From contig JAKMXF010000221.1 in NCBI GenBank assembly GCA_024704765.1, positions 434,001 to 498,000 of the forward strand: a stretch of DNA of 64,000 nucleotides, given 5' to 3'. The notes beneath the pieces are model-generated. The model was given only the letters and a program-made list of their open reading frames with translations, was not told the origin of the DNA and ran no database searches. The DNA is from Oopsacas minuta. Lineage: Eukaryota > Animalia > Porifera. Of the stretch, positions 23,006-34,200 are shown in pieces; the first letter of the stretch is position 1; every line of letters begins with the position of its first letter. The position numbers and the translations under genes are program-made.

Positions 23006-24463
23006 TTATCTTGGATTATTCCACCCCAGTACTATAGCTACAATAGTTAATGCTATAACTCCTCCCATTGCTAATCCTCCTACCAAGTCGATAAGTAGTT
23101 GAATTGTCCTTAGTATTTCCGTATAGAAGAATTTCTGGAAGAAGTAGACACACATGTAGCAGTCATACAGCATTGGTTTCTTCTCCTGCTGTCCTATTCG
23201 CTCTCTGACTAATGTGGTCCTCTCGTTACAGTTAGGGAATTCCTCAACATTTTGCTCATTTTCTACAATAGGCTGACAGAGCTGTTGATTAGCTACTGGT
23301 TCTTGTGGCGGGATTGCTATTTCTTGTGGACAGTTCGCCGCCTCACTAATTTGTGGGTATATTAGGTGTTCCCCAGTTACAACTTGGTCATACCCAGGGG
23401 GCCTGAAGTCATTTCTTGAGGGTGGGGTTACTACCCTGATGGAGCGAGTTATAGGGGCGCGAATACGTAATTTAGGTTTCCGCTTTTGTAAGCAGTCTTG
23501 CACACATTTCCCAGTCCTGTAAGATTGTGTGATTACGAGAGCAAGAATGTTAACCAACAGCCCGGATATTGTCTGTCCCTTGGTGACCCTGTCCTCCTCA
23601 GCTAGTGAGAAATATACCAGTGAGGCTAGCAACAGGAGGGTGAATAGGAATGTGAATATCTCGAATAGTGCAGTGTATACTCTGTTATAACAACACCAGT
23701 GATAACATCTTAGAAGGGTTGGTTGTTTAGACTTACTGACTACATATCTTATTGTTTTACACAAACGGTTAATTGAGAGGAATAGAAGTACTAGCCATAT
23801 CCAGAACCCCCAAAGGTAATACGCACATTTGTCCCCTACACAAGATAGCGCGCCTAAATCAGTGTTCACATATTCTGCGATGAAATATGTGCTACCGATT
23901 ACACTACCGCTCATGGCGTAGGTTGAACCAAATCCCAAAGAGTATAGGATATAACCTGTTGGAAATGTGAGTACTAATCCCCATAGACTCATACCAGCTA
24001 GCTCTCTTATTCCATCCGATTCTGTGGTAGTGTAATTGTAGATGTAGATGAATCTATTGCCTAGTAGGAAATCGAAAATTCCATTCCCCGTACTCTCGTT
24101 GTTAGGCAAGTAGGTTTCCCATGCCACATACAAACTGCTAATAGTTAGCAAGCTCACTGCAAGGCCTGCTCTAAAATCAAACGAGAGGATCCCGACAACT
24201 ATTCCAAGTGGAACGCCGATTAACAAAACTTGTATCAACTCATTTTGCCAGTCATACAACCCCGGTATCTGCAGTTTATCCAGCACATACTGAGTTAGTA
24301 TAGAACCTCCAAAGGATGCTCCAGTAACGAGCAACACTAACACTATAGTAAATATGAACCTTGTTACTCGCCAGGCACATTTGTTAGCTATATGGGTGTC
24401 AAATTCCTGTGTAGCAGTCTGGTCTCTATAGCTGTAACTACGGCTATTACCATTCTCGATCAT
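23006..24463 (-). CDS. Uncharacterised multipass membrane protein (485 aa)
   Basis: Long intronless ORF with about 9-11 hydrophobic segments and a Pro/Gln-rich loop before the last helix; no family recognised. Confidence 0.8.
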   Translation of the reverse strand: MIENGNSRSYSYRDQTATQEFDTHIANKCAWRVTRFIFTIVLVLLVTGASFGGSILTQYVLDKLQIPGLYDWQNELIQVLLIGVPLGIVVGILSFDFRAGLAVSLLTISSLYVAWETYLPNNESTGNGIFDFLLGNRFIYIYNYTTTESDGIRELAGMSLWGLVLTFPTGYILYSLGFGSTYAMSGSVIGSTYFIAEYVNTDLGALSCVGDKCAYYLWGFWIWLVLLFLSINRLCKTIRYVVSKSKQPTLLRCYHWCCYNRVYTALFEIFTFLFTLLLLASLVYFSLAEEDRVTKGQTISGLLVNILALVITQSYRTGKCVQDCLQKRKPKLRIRAPITRSIRVVTPPSRNDFRPPGYDQVVTGEHLIYPQISEAANCPQEIAIPPQEPVANQQLCQPIVENEQNVEEFPNCNERTTLVRERIGQQEKKPMLYDCYMCVYFFQKFFYTEILRTIQLLIDLVGGLAMGGVIALTIVAIVLGWNNPR

Positions 24464-24538
24464 CCTTGTTGTAATAGTATATCTATGATTGAATTAAAAT
24501 GATAATGTAAATAATTATGAGATTACTAGCGAGTATAT

Positions 24539-26467
24539 ATGTCACAAGAAGAGGTGATCAGTGACAGCGAGGAGTACGATCCTCTCTCCTCTGGACTTGA
24601 ACCAGAGATAGAATCTCTCTCAACTGACACAGACAGTAGAATGGCGCTGAACACAAACAAAGCTGGGATGGAAGGGCTTGACAAAGATAAGATAAATAAA
24701 ATTATCATCGAAGCTTCCAAGGGATCTAAGTTCTATATCAATCAGAAGAAAAGACAGGAAATAGCTTCTAAGCGAAATATGAAATTGAAACAAGAAATGG
24801 AGAGGATTACTAAGTCAGATTTGGAGAGAGCAATATTAGAAACTAACTATGAAATTGAGCTTTTGGAATCTACTCGAGATCTTTCAAGCATAATTGTCCA
24901 TGTAGATATGGACGCGTTCTATGCTTCAGTAGAAATGCGAGACGATCCTTCTCTTAGAGATATTCCTATGGCGGTAGGGGGCTCTTCAATGCTATCAACC
25001 TCTAACTATGTAGCTAGGAAATTTGGTGTCCGCGCTGGGATGCCGGGATTCATAGCTAAGAAGTTATGTCCTGACTTGAAGATAGTAGGAGGGAGCTTCG
25101 ATAAGTATAGAGCAGTAAGTAAGGTAGTTAGAGGGATATTTCATGAATACGACCCAGATTTCAGTCCCATGGGACTAGACGAGGCCTATATTAACATCAC
25201 ACAACACGTTAGATCACGTATACAGCATTTCCTTATTGATAACAACAGAGAACTCAGAGAAGACCCTGTGTTTGATAAGCTAGACATTTGTAGTATAGAT
25301 CAGTACTGGGATAGAGGACTAGTAGAGAATATTGTCAGAGAGATGAGAGGGAAAATTGAAGCCGCTACACAGTTAACCGCTAGTGCCGGAATTGCTGTAA
25401 ATACAATGTTATCTAAAATATGTTCTGATATGAATAAACCTAACGGACAGTTCTTCTTACCGCCTGTGAGAGATAATTTAATAGAATTTATTCGTAATCT
25501 CCCTGTACGAAAAGTATGTGGGATCGGGAAAGTCACTGAAGAAATGTTGAAGTCCCTCGGTATTATTAAAGTACAACAATTGTACGAAAAACGAGCTGAA
25601 CTAAAGATATTAATGACGGATTGTAGTTACCAGAACTTCTTAAGAATATTTATGGGGTTGGGTTCAACTGAGCTTGAAGTTAAGAGCGATAGGAAGAGTA
25701 GAAGTACTGAGAGAACTTTCCCCGAAATCTCGAATCCTCTAAAAATGTATGAAATGTTAGAGAAGCTTAGCTCTGAGCTGTCAGATGATTTGAAGAAGAA
25801 AGGATGTGCTGGTTATACGATTGGTATAAAACTCAAAACTGTAGATTTCGAGATTAAAACAAGAGTAATGACAATACCCTATCCTACTAACGATTGTAAA
25901 GATATTCTAACTTGTTCACGAACCCTACTCGACAAAGAAATAGCCCTCTTAAAGCCAAAGATGTTAAAATTGAGATTAATGGGGGTTAAGGTATCTGGGT
26001 TTGGACTTGGAGAGGATGAACTTAATCAAACTGAAGCTGGAGAGAGTAAAGCTAAGAGAAGGAAGCTACAACCTAATATGCCTTCTCTGATAGATATGTT
26101 TAATTCTAATTCTAATTCATTTGAACCTCCAAGTATTAACAATTCGAATTATCCACTCCAAGCCAAGGAAGATTTAGGGAATTACACATTTAGAAATAGT
26201 CTTTCACAACAACCAGAGGACAGCCCTGATCCTAATCCTCAGTCTTCTAGTACTTGTCCTATATGTTCCCAGATAATAACAGGGGGCAACCTTACCCTTA
26301 ACAAACACATAGACTCATGTCTCAACAAGCGTTATATCAGAGATGAACTATCTCCCTATACGGCTCCCATAAAAACAGCTGGGAAGCAATGCAAGAGTTC
26401 CACAAATTCACAGCTATCAATTCAATCATATTTTACAAAATCTAAGGACAATAACCACCACCTATGA
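24539..26467 (+). CDS. POLK: DNA polymerase kappa
   Basis: NTNKAGMEGLDKDKINKII, HVDMDAFYASVE, STSNYVARKFGVRAGMPGF, MGLDEAY, RKSRSTERTF, one UBZ finger (CPIC...HIDSC), PIP-like QLSIQSYF. Confidence 0.97.
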   Translation: MSQEEVISDSEEYDPLSSGLEPEIESLSTDTDSRMALNTNKAGMEGLDKDKINKIIIEASKGSKFYINQKKRQEIASKRNMKLKQEMERITKSDLERAILETNYEIELLESTRDLSSIIVHVDMDAFYASVEMRDDPSLRDIPMAVGGSSMLSTSNYVARKFGVRAGMPGFIAKKLCPDLKIVGGSFDKYRAVSKVVRGIFHEYDPDFSPMGLDEAYINITQHVRSRIQHFLIDNNRELREDPVFDKLDICSIDQYWDRGLVENIVREMRGKIEAATQLTASAGIAVNTMLSKICSDMNKPNGQFFLPPVRDNLIEFIRNLPVRKVCGIGKVTEEMLKSLGIIKVQQLYEKRAELKILMTDCSYQNFLRIFMGLGSTELEVKSDRKSRSTERTFPEISNPLKMYEMLEKLSSELSDDLKKKGCAGYTIGIKLKTVDFEIKTRVMTIPYPTNDCKDILTCSRTLLDKEIALLKPKMLKLRLMGVKVSGFGLGEDELNQTEAGESKAKRRKLQPNMPSLIDMFNSNSNSFEPPSINNSNYPLQAKEDLGNYTFRNSLSQQPEDSPDPNPQSSSTCPICSQIITGGNLTLNKHIDSCLNKRYIRDELSPYTAPIKTAGKQCKSSTNSQLSIQSYFTKSKDNNHHL

Positions 26468-26803
26468 TCCATTTTTGGTCTGAATTCTAATATTATAATT
26501 GTTTTATGCTATATATTGAAACTTTTGAAATAACATTACCTGTGAAGCAATGCTTAATATGAAGGTATCTGCAATGAATAATTTTGTATTTTCTCCCAAG
26601 AGTTAGCTCGTATAAATACTGATATCATAATTTGAGCTAAGCCTACTGGCTCCTCCGCTTTATGATGTTAGGCCCCTAGAACTACTTCATAGCAATGAAC
26701 TACGTACTTAGATTCTTTGTTTAAGTCAGTATTGAGTTACATAATTTCTATCAATGCCCGTATTAATGATCTAAGAAACAAATAATTATACTAGAAATTA
26801 TCA

Positions 26804-27949
26804 ATGAAAACTCTCCGTCATCTGTCCTACTTAACAAATACATTGCCAGCTCGTTTCAATGTTCTAGGCATTGAGAGTAGTTTCGATGATTCTGCTGTTG
26901 GAATATTAGATAGTCATGGTAACATATATGCTCATGTGGAATGTTCCCAGTTATTGCATCATCTCCCTACAGGGGGTGTGAACCCTGTCATAGCCTCAGG
27001 ACTCCATAAACAGAATCTGCCCCCTCTCCTAGACCAGTGCTTTGACCGCTCAGGCTTGACACCTAAAGATATTCATGTAGTTGCTTACACCAAGGGACCG
27101 GGTTTGGGAGTATCTTTACTGCACGGGGCTAATTTAGCTGTAAATTTCTTCAGAGAAAACCTCTCACCCCCTCGCCTCCTAATCGGAATACATCATATGC
27201 TAGCTCATGCTCTGGTCCCTAGAATAAGTAACCGGATAGCTTTCCCCTACTTAACTCTCCTGGCATCTGGGGGACACTGTTTGTTATGTATCGTACAAGA
27301 ACTAGGTATTAGTGAGGTGATACGATTAGGTTCCACATTGGATACAGCACCAGGGAACGTATTGGACCATGGGGCCCGTCTCCTCCAGCTGTCCAGGTAC
27401 CCAGAATTCTCTGAGTGCTCCGGAGGACAAGCAATAGAGCGGATTAGTCTAAGAGGAACACTCCGACACCCTGTTCTTAATATCCTGCCAAGAGACAGAA
27501 ATGCAAACTTTTCTTTCAGCGGGCTAGGCAGCAGTTTAGAATACAAATTGAATTCTATAGCTAAACAGAGAATAGTAAGTTATCAAGATAAAGCTGACCT
27601 AGCTCTTTGGTTCCAGACATCATTAATCCGTCACATAACAACCAAAACACAGAATGGTATTCGATTTTGTAGGATACATTTCCCTCAAATAAACTCGCTA
27701 GTAGTTTCAGGAGGTGTTGCACAGAATCTAGCATTCCAGAAGGCAGTTACGGAGCTATGTAGGCAGCATAACTATACGGCTGTCTACCCTGCCCTTGAGT
27801 TATGTACCGACAATGCTGTGATGATAGCTTGGGCAGGAGTAGAGTACGCTAATGCAGGGATAGGTATAGAATCTCCAGAAGATGAGGTACACTTTATACC
27901 AAGATGGAAACTAGGGGAAGACTGGACCATGAAACTAACACAGAATTAA
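26804..27949 (+). CDS. OSGEPL1: Mitochondrial tRNA t6A threonylcarbamoyltransferase (Qri7/OSGEPL1)
   Basis: VLGIESSFDD, TKGPGL, HHMLAH, LLASGGHC, FSFSGL, LVVSGGVA, CTDNAVMIAWAG; short basic presequence. Confidence 0.92.
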   Translation: MKTLRHLSYLTNTLPARFNVLGIESSFDDSAVGILDSHGNIYAHVECSQLLHHLPTGGVNPVIASGLHKQNLPPLLDQCFDRSGLTPKDIHVVAYTKGPGLGVSLLHGANLAVNFFRENLSPPRLLIGIHHMLAHALVPRISNRIAFPYLTLLASGGHCLLCIVQELGISEVIRLGSTLDTAPGNVLDHGARLLQLSRYPEFSECSGGQAIERISLRGTLRHPVLNILPRDRNANFSFSGLGSSLEYKLNSIAKQRIVSYQDKADLALWFQTSLIRHITTKTQNGIRFCRIHFPQINSLVVSGGVAQNLAFQKAVTELCRQHNYTAVYPALELCTDNAVMIAWAGVEYANAGIGIESPEDEVHFIPRWKLGEDWTMKLTQN

Positions 27950-28015
27950 TATTCACTTGTTTGGTATGATCACTTATATTTGATTTATTTTGGGTGTCCT
28001 AATGGGATAATTTTA

Positions 28016-28135
28016 CAGTAAACTCGTTTTAACAAATTGCTCGGGACACCAGCTTCATTTGTTATAAGCGGACTAGGATCAATTATTTTCAAGCTAGGGG
28101 GTAAAGAATCAGTTGGTTCTAACGAGAGTTTACTG
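28016..28135. mobile_element. pogo-like MITE related to family A
   Basis: Left end TA|cagtaaactcgtt; right end taacgagagtttactg (reverse complement cagtaaactctcgtta). Confidence 0.6.
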
Positions 28136-28281
28136 GATATTGTAATTATTAGCAAATTGCCTCATCTTAGGAGAGCAACTAGCACCCCGAGTATAAGCAC
28201 GTTACATATGTGAGTCCCACTTTACTCTAACTACACTGACTTTATCCTCGCTTCTACAGCCCCACACAGTCTGTCTTACAC

Positions 28282-31200
28282 ATGGGAAATATAGAATCTA
28301 CAAACTTCCAGGATTCTTCTACGAAGACCCCCACCGGTCTCCCGGACTCCCCTGAAATGATTCCGGGAACTGAATCCTTCAAACTATCTATCCTCTTCAA
28401 CTCCTTACTTCTCCACGAAGCTCTGCGACTCGATAAGTCGGAGAAGATTGAGAGATTCCAGAAAATACTCAGTCATAAATCCTCCTTACAGGACTGGCTT
28501 AGAGAGCTCAGTACTAAGGGTGACGAGTGGGTCTCTAAGGAGGACATGGTCGATAAATTGGTACAATCTGGCATCCCGCAGGAGAACGCGCTCCAGTTTT
28601 TCACACATCTAGACGACTATACAATCGGCCGTCTACACCTACCTCGAATCCTGGATGAACTTGACAACGAGACTATCCGCAACGATATCCCTGCTTCTGT
28701 CAGTCGTCTGTCTGCTTGTGTCATGCTCCCATCTATCTTAGACGTATTCCTTCAAGGAGATACCCTACTAGACTCACAGCGGGAGCAAGCTCGTATGCTT
28801 AACACATACGTCAAGAACTGTTGTGCTCCCATCAAGGCATTGGCTAACAAAGAGCTACAATCTTTCTTCTTACTGTCCCAATCCAGACAGCAACTAATCA
28901 AAACTCATTTTGAGAAGTTCGGTAAGACAGTATTTGAAGCGGAAAAGAATGAAGACGCTCTCACTAGCCTGGAGGGATATCAGATGATGCACAGATGTTT
29001 CTCGAGTGTTCAGGTCTCTAGTAATCCCAGTCGCATCGATCAGCTGTTCGATGATAACAGTAGCACCTTCTGGCAGAGCTCAGGTACTCAAGGGGCACAT
29101 TTTATTAAAATATTTATGTTACCTCAGGTGTTTATCGAACAGCTGAGCATAACTATATCCAGTACTGATAACAGCTATACCCCACGTATAGTAGAAGTTG
29201 CAGCTGGACCCACAGAAAATTCTCTGCGGCGTGTTGCGTATAAGACTTTCTTAAGGAGAGGGTCTCGCTGTCAGACTGAGGTTTTATTGAACTTTACTAC
29301 CACATACTACAGGATTATACAGGTAGCTATATTTAGAACAACTGTAATTAACTCCGCTAGCCGCTCATATCTGTGCTAATATGCTCTCAAACCGTCAAAG
29401 TAGCATACCCTTTATTGGTTATATTGAAGTCCGATTTTATTCAAGTAGTTATCGCGGTCCCTTGAGCTTCGGTATTACTTGAGTTTACCGTATAGTATAC
29501 TCTAGTTTCGTCATCTGTTCATCTGATTACTTAGCCAGAAACAGAACCATTCAAATGCAGTTTAATACTCCAGTTAATCCGGGTCTCGATGGTCTGGTTC
29601 TATTGTAACTATTTTCCTATTTATTTGTAGATTAACATTAAAGAATGTGCTCAGGATGGCTGTGACACTAAAATAAGAGGACTACACATACAGGGATACA
29701 GGTCTAACACTATTCCTTCCTTCTCTGAGCAAGAAGCTACATACTCCTGGTTACTATGTATACTCACTGCTACAGCATCCATTTCCATAGCAACCAACCC
29801 TACATTCAGGAATATTATACTCACACAGAGTAATCACTATCTCAAACACATAACTCCGCTCTCTCTCTCATCATCTTCTGACAACAGACCTGTGTTTATT
29901 AACACTGATTTCGTAGAGCAATTGCACACATTCTTTAATCAGCTGTTGGATACGCCAGCTGATAATCAGCTAGACCTAGAGGCCTACAACCTCCTTCTAC
30001 AATTCTCATTAGCTCACGGATACATGCACCTACTCATGCCTCTACTTCAGAGATACATAAACACTGTAGTGCAATCAAGTGCCATAGACTCACTTCGGTT
30101 ACCATGTGTACCTCTACTCAACCGACTTACTAAAGTTATCCAGAACTTAGAAGCCGATTATGTGACCCCTCTGTCTCTCCGAATTGAACAAGTTGAAGGG
30201 TTTTCTAAACCTAGAGAGGAACTGTCTGGACTTCTTAACCATGAGTCAATTAACCCAGAATCTTCTGATTCAATCGCATACGTCAGTAAGGAGGATTGTT
30301 GTGTGTTGGATTTAATTCTTACTGAGTCTAAAGCTAGGCCTTTCAGTGTTAGAAAACTAAATGTTTTGAAGAAAGATGATAAATCTCTTTCTCCGCATTT
30401 ATGTCTATTATTCGTTGTACCGTCTCAATATATCGATCCTGAAAGCCACAAGCCTACAAATACTAAACAGCTGTTTGAGTTATACGCGAAATATGACAAC
30501 TGGACAATTGAAAATTGGAATAAATCACAAAAGGAGAAACAGACATACCCTGATCTCCCGGTCGCCTGTTTCGACATGACAACGGATAATTGGTCAGAGT
30601 ATGTTTCATTTGATAGAATTCTTGTAGCTAGTCACTGCTGTATGGTTAAGCTAATCAGACCTAAGAGAGAGGAGACTGGGGAAGATGAAGAGAACAAGAA
30701 GACATTTTCTGTCTACGCTTTGCAGTTATTTGGAGACATAGATCCGAGTATTGAGCTACAGAGAATATCGAACATCCTCTCGGAATTTCACACCCTCCCT
30801 CTACAGGACTCAGCCCTCGTGGACAGTACTACTCTTATCTTCCATCTCTTCTCTGCGTTGATTTCTCTAGTTAGAAATCAAATAGTTATTATTAACAGAA
30901 ATTCATCTGAAGTGAGTCAAGCTAAGAAAATGTATCTTACTTGTTTCGTGAGAGAGGCTCATATTAATTTGGATAATCTATCATTCTTGGCAGTATGGAA
31001 TGTGTTTTTGAGTCTGGAAGAGTTTGGTAATAAATTCCCTGAACACCGAGCTCTGAGCTTAGAAATTGCTAGTCAGCTGATCCTGAATTGTATGCCATTC
31101 TTCGTTACTTTTGAGAAACAGAAGAGGAATAAGGAATGTGATAATTTAAAAGCTAAACAAGAAGCACTGGAACATATTTTAGAAATAATTAATGACAATA

Positions 31201-34200
31201 GTGTATCAGAGGACGTCATATCAGCTCTAACGGGAGTACTGGAGACAGGGGTCTTGATCCTGTTCCCAGAAGAAGACGTGAGGGTAGACAGACTCCTTGA
31301 AGGTGTGAAGCTGGCAGCGTCCACTGAGACACACCCCCGGGCCCAAATACAAACAGTCTCTGCCCTCATCCACTATTTCAGTAGTCAAGGGGTTAATAAA
31401 TCGTTGTTAGGTCTCCCGAATATCCACGAGATGGATCTTAACAAAGAGATAGAGCTGGATGTGGAATCAATTATTACTCGTGTTACTCCATTCTATGCTA
31501 TTCTCTATCAACGTAGTTTACAGCAAGTAGAATCATTCACAACTAAATCAGAGAATTTACTGAATTGCATAAACATTATTCCGTTGCTCAGTTCCATACA
31601 AAACTCTATCTTAAACTGGAGTTATACTCTGGCGCTATCTGACAAAGCTACTGAATATTCTGCTAACTTCGCTAAGATAATAATGTGTCGCTATTTGAAC
31701 CTAATAGAGAGAGATATATCTCATATTTTGAAGTTACTCAATCAACACATAGCTTATGAGAAGATACTCGATGCTTTTAATGACGGACTAATATCCGTTA
31801 TCCTCCCTGAGCTAGTGAGTGCTTTACATGTATTCATATCTGTACAGGGCATCCGTGAATATGTGCTGCACACGTTTCAAGGAATTGTACACAAATTCAC
31901 TGAGCTAGCTCATTCTATACCTGAATTCCAATATACCTATGGCGTTACCCAGCAGAATCCAGAAAATCTCCTCAGTAAATGGGAGAGAGAATGTGCTTAC
32001 GATAACTATTCGAATAAAGAGGAGAATGAGGTATTCATGTGCTGCGGTGCTTCATATCTTGTAATAGAGTTTGATAACCGGTGTAATACTGACTCCGGAT
32101 ATGATCATTTGGAATTCAGTGACAAGGACGGGAAGAAGTATAATTACTCCGGTAAAGTCGGGTCGAGCAATTGGCCCTATTCGATAACTATAAAAGGAGA
32201 CAAACTGAAGTTTAGATACAAATCTGACGGAGGAGAGTTCTTTTATAAATTTGTCCTATCGGCATACGGACCATCAGGACCTCTGCATTGGTTCCGAGAT
32301 TTATATATGTCGCTAGCAAGTTTATTTGGCAGATTTTGTGGGGAGAATCTGAAAATTAACAAAGATTCACCAACAAAGACATCCTTAACGGAAGAAGAAG
32401 TGATTTTATTAAAGAGTGATATCGGTAAGAGTATTTTCCGTGGTGGTCTACAGAAGTCAAGATTCGTTAGATCGTACTCAGGTGTCCACCAGGCCAATAC
32501 ATCCACTGATACTCTTATAACTCAGTTCTTGGACCAGATGATAAACGAAGAGGGTACTACCAAATCACAGGACTTCCTTCAGGTATGCCAGTTAACCTTC
32601 AAACAGCCGAGATACGGAGGTTATCTAGCTGACAAGGCTGTCCGTGCTACATTCGCTGCACTCTTATGGCACTCTCAAGAAATGAGAGAGGAGGTTGGTC
32701 GATTTGAATCTAAGAAAGAGACCAGTAAAATATCTTCCTTGATAACTGCTACTTACCGTCTCGCTGAGTCTGTACGTCCTGACTTACTGGCTGCTAAGCA
32801 AGTCCTTATACAGAAGAACGAGGATACTCCTGACAAGCATATTGACTCAGATCTACCGCTAATTAACTGTATTGATAAAGCGAAGTTCCTGCTGAGATTC
32901 GCTGGACTTTCTCGCATTACAGAAGCTGACAAGACATCTCCAAAGCGGTCAAAATTCTCCAGGAAGAAATCAAAACTTGGAGTGTCCCAGTTGATAGAGA
33001 GTGACCCCTACAAGGAGTTGATCTTAAATTTCGTCCGAAGGGACAGCTACTCGCTAGACAGAATACAGATAGATATGGAAGAGAGAGCTAAATGTGCTCA
33101 GAACAGGAGTTTAACTTACAACTTTACTCGTGATTTCGTTCTGTTCACAACTCAGAACCCTCCTGACACTGAACCGCATCAAATCCTGTCCATATATCTG
33201 ACCGCTTGCTTCAAGGATTTCACGGAAACTCCGCCACACTACGGGGGGAATATAGATGGATGCGGCCTGGAATTGGAGAATCGGGTCAGAGAATCATTTT
33301 ACAGTCTCACTCAGAAATTATTTCAATGGATTTGGGAGAAAAATAACTTCACAGAAATCCTGAAAGCTCCCCGAAACTTCAAATTCTTACTTTCCATCTT
33401 ACACTGTCTATTCAATAACTTATGGAACGATTTTGATTTTGATTTCATTCACGAACATAAACTCCCTCGATTGCTATACATTACAGCTATTAATCTCTTA
33501 TCTATAACTCCAAAGAGTGACAAGGAAAAGTCCGAATTGTCAAAAGTTGAAGATTATATAGGTTGGATTAGTTTGATTCAATTTCATTCTCTCTCTCTCC
33601 AACTCTCATCACGGATACAGGATACATCCTGTGAGATAGAAGAGCAATACATTAATTATGCTATTCTACTGTTTGTAGATTGTATACGGGAACTGATAAT
33701 GTCTATACGAGCTGGAGTAATGTCTGTAAAACAAAAAGAGATCAAGAAAAAGAGGGAAGAAGAATCGAATAAAGAAGATAAGAAAGATAAAGTGAGTAAA
33801 AGGGAGAGAAGGAAGGAAGAGGTGACCGATAAAGTAACTCTGGACGAACCCTCTCTTAAGGAAATTCCAGAAGAGCCCTCTCAAAAAGAAATAGAGAACG
33901 AAGTCTCTCCTAAGGAAACAGAGGATGAGTTAGCTCCTAAGGACAAAGAATCGATTGAGAAACCGAATAACCTTATAACAGAAAATTCAGACACACAAAC
34001 TAATAAGGAAGAGACACCAGTTATAGAAGAAATAGTTAAAGAGAATGAAATAACCAAATTGAACGGAGAGGATGATACTCAAATTCCTGAGGGTAATATT
34101 GTTTCTAAGGAAGGAACTGATGACACACTTAAGCTGCCTGTTGAGACTAAATCTATTGAGGACAAGAATCAGCCAAAAATGGAATTTTCAGCCTCAGACA

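Noticed and set aside
26804-27949. OSGEPL1 motif changes (ESSFDD for ETSCDD; HHMLAH for HHMEAH)
   Set aside because: Metal-binding His residues and the DN motif are intact, and Kae1-type enzymes also lack this Glu; not evidence of lost function.
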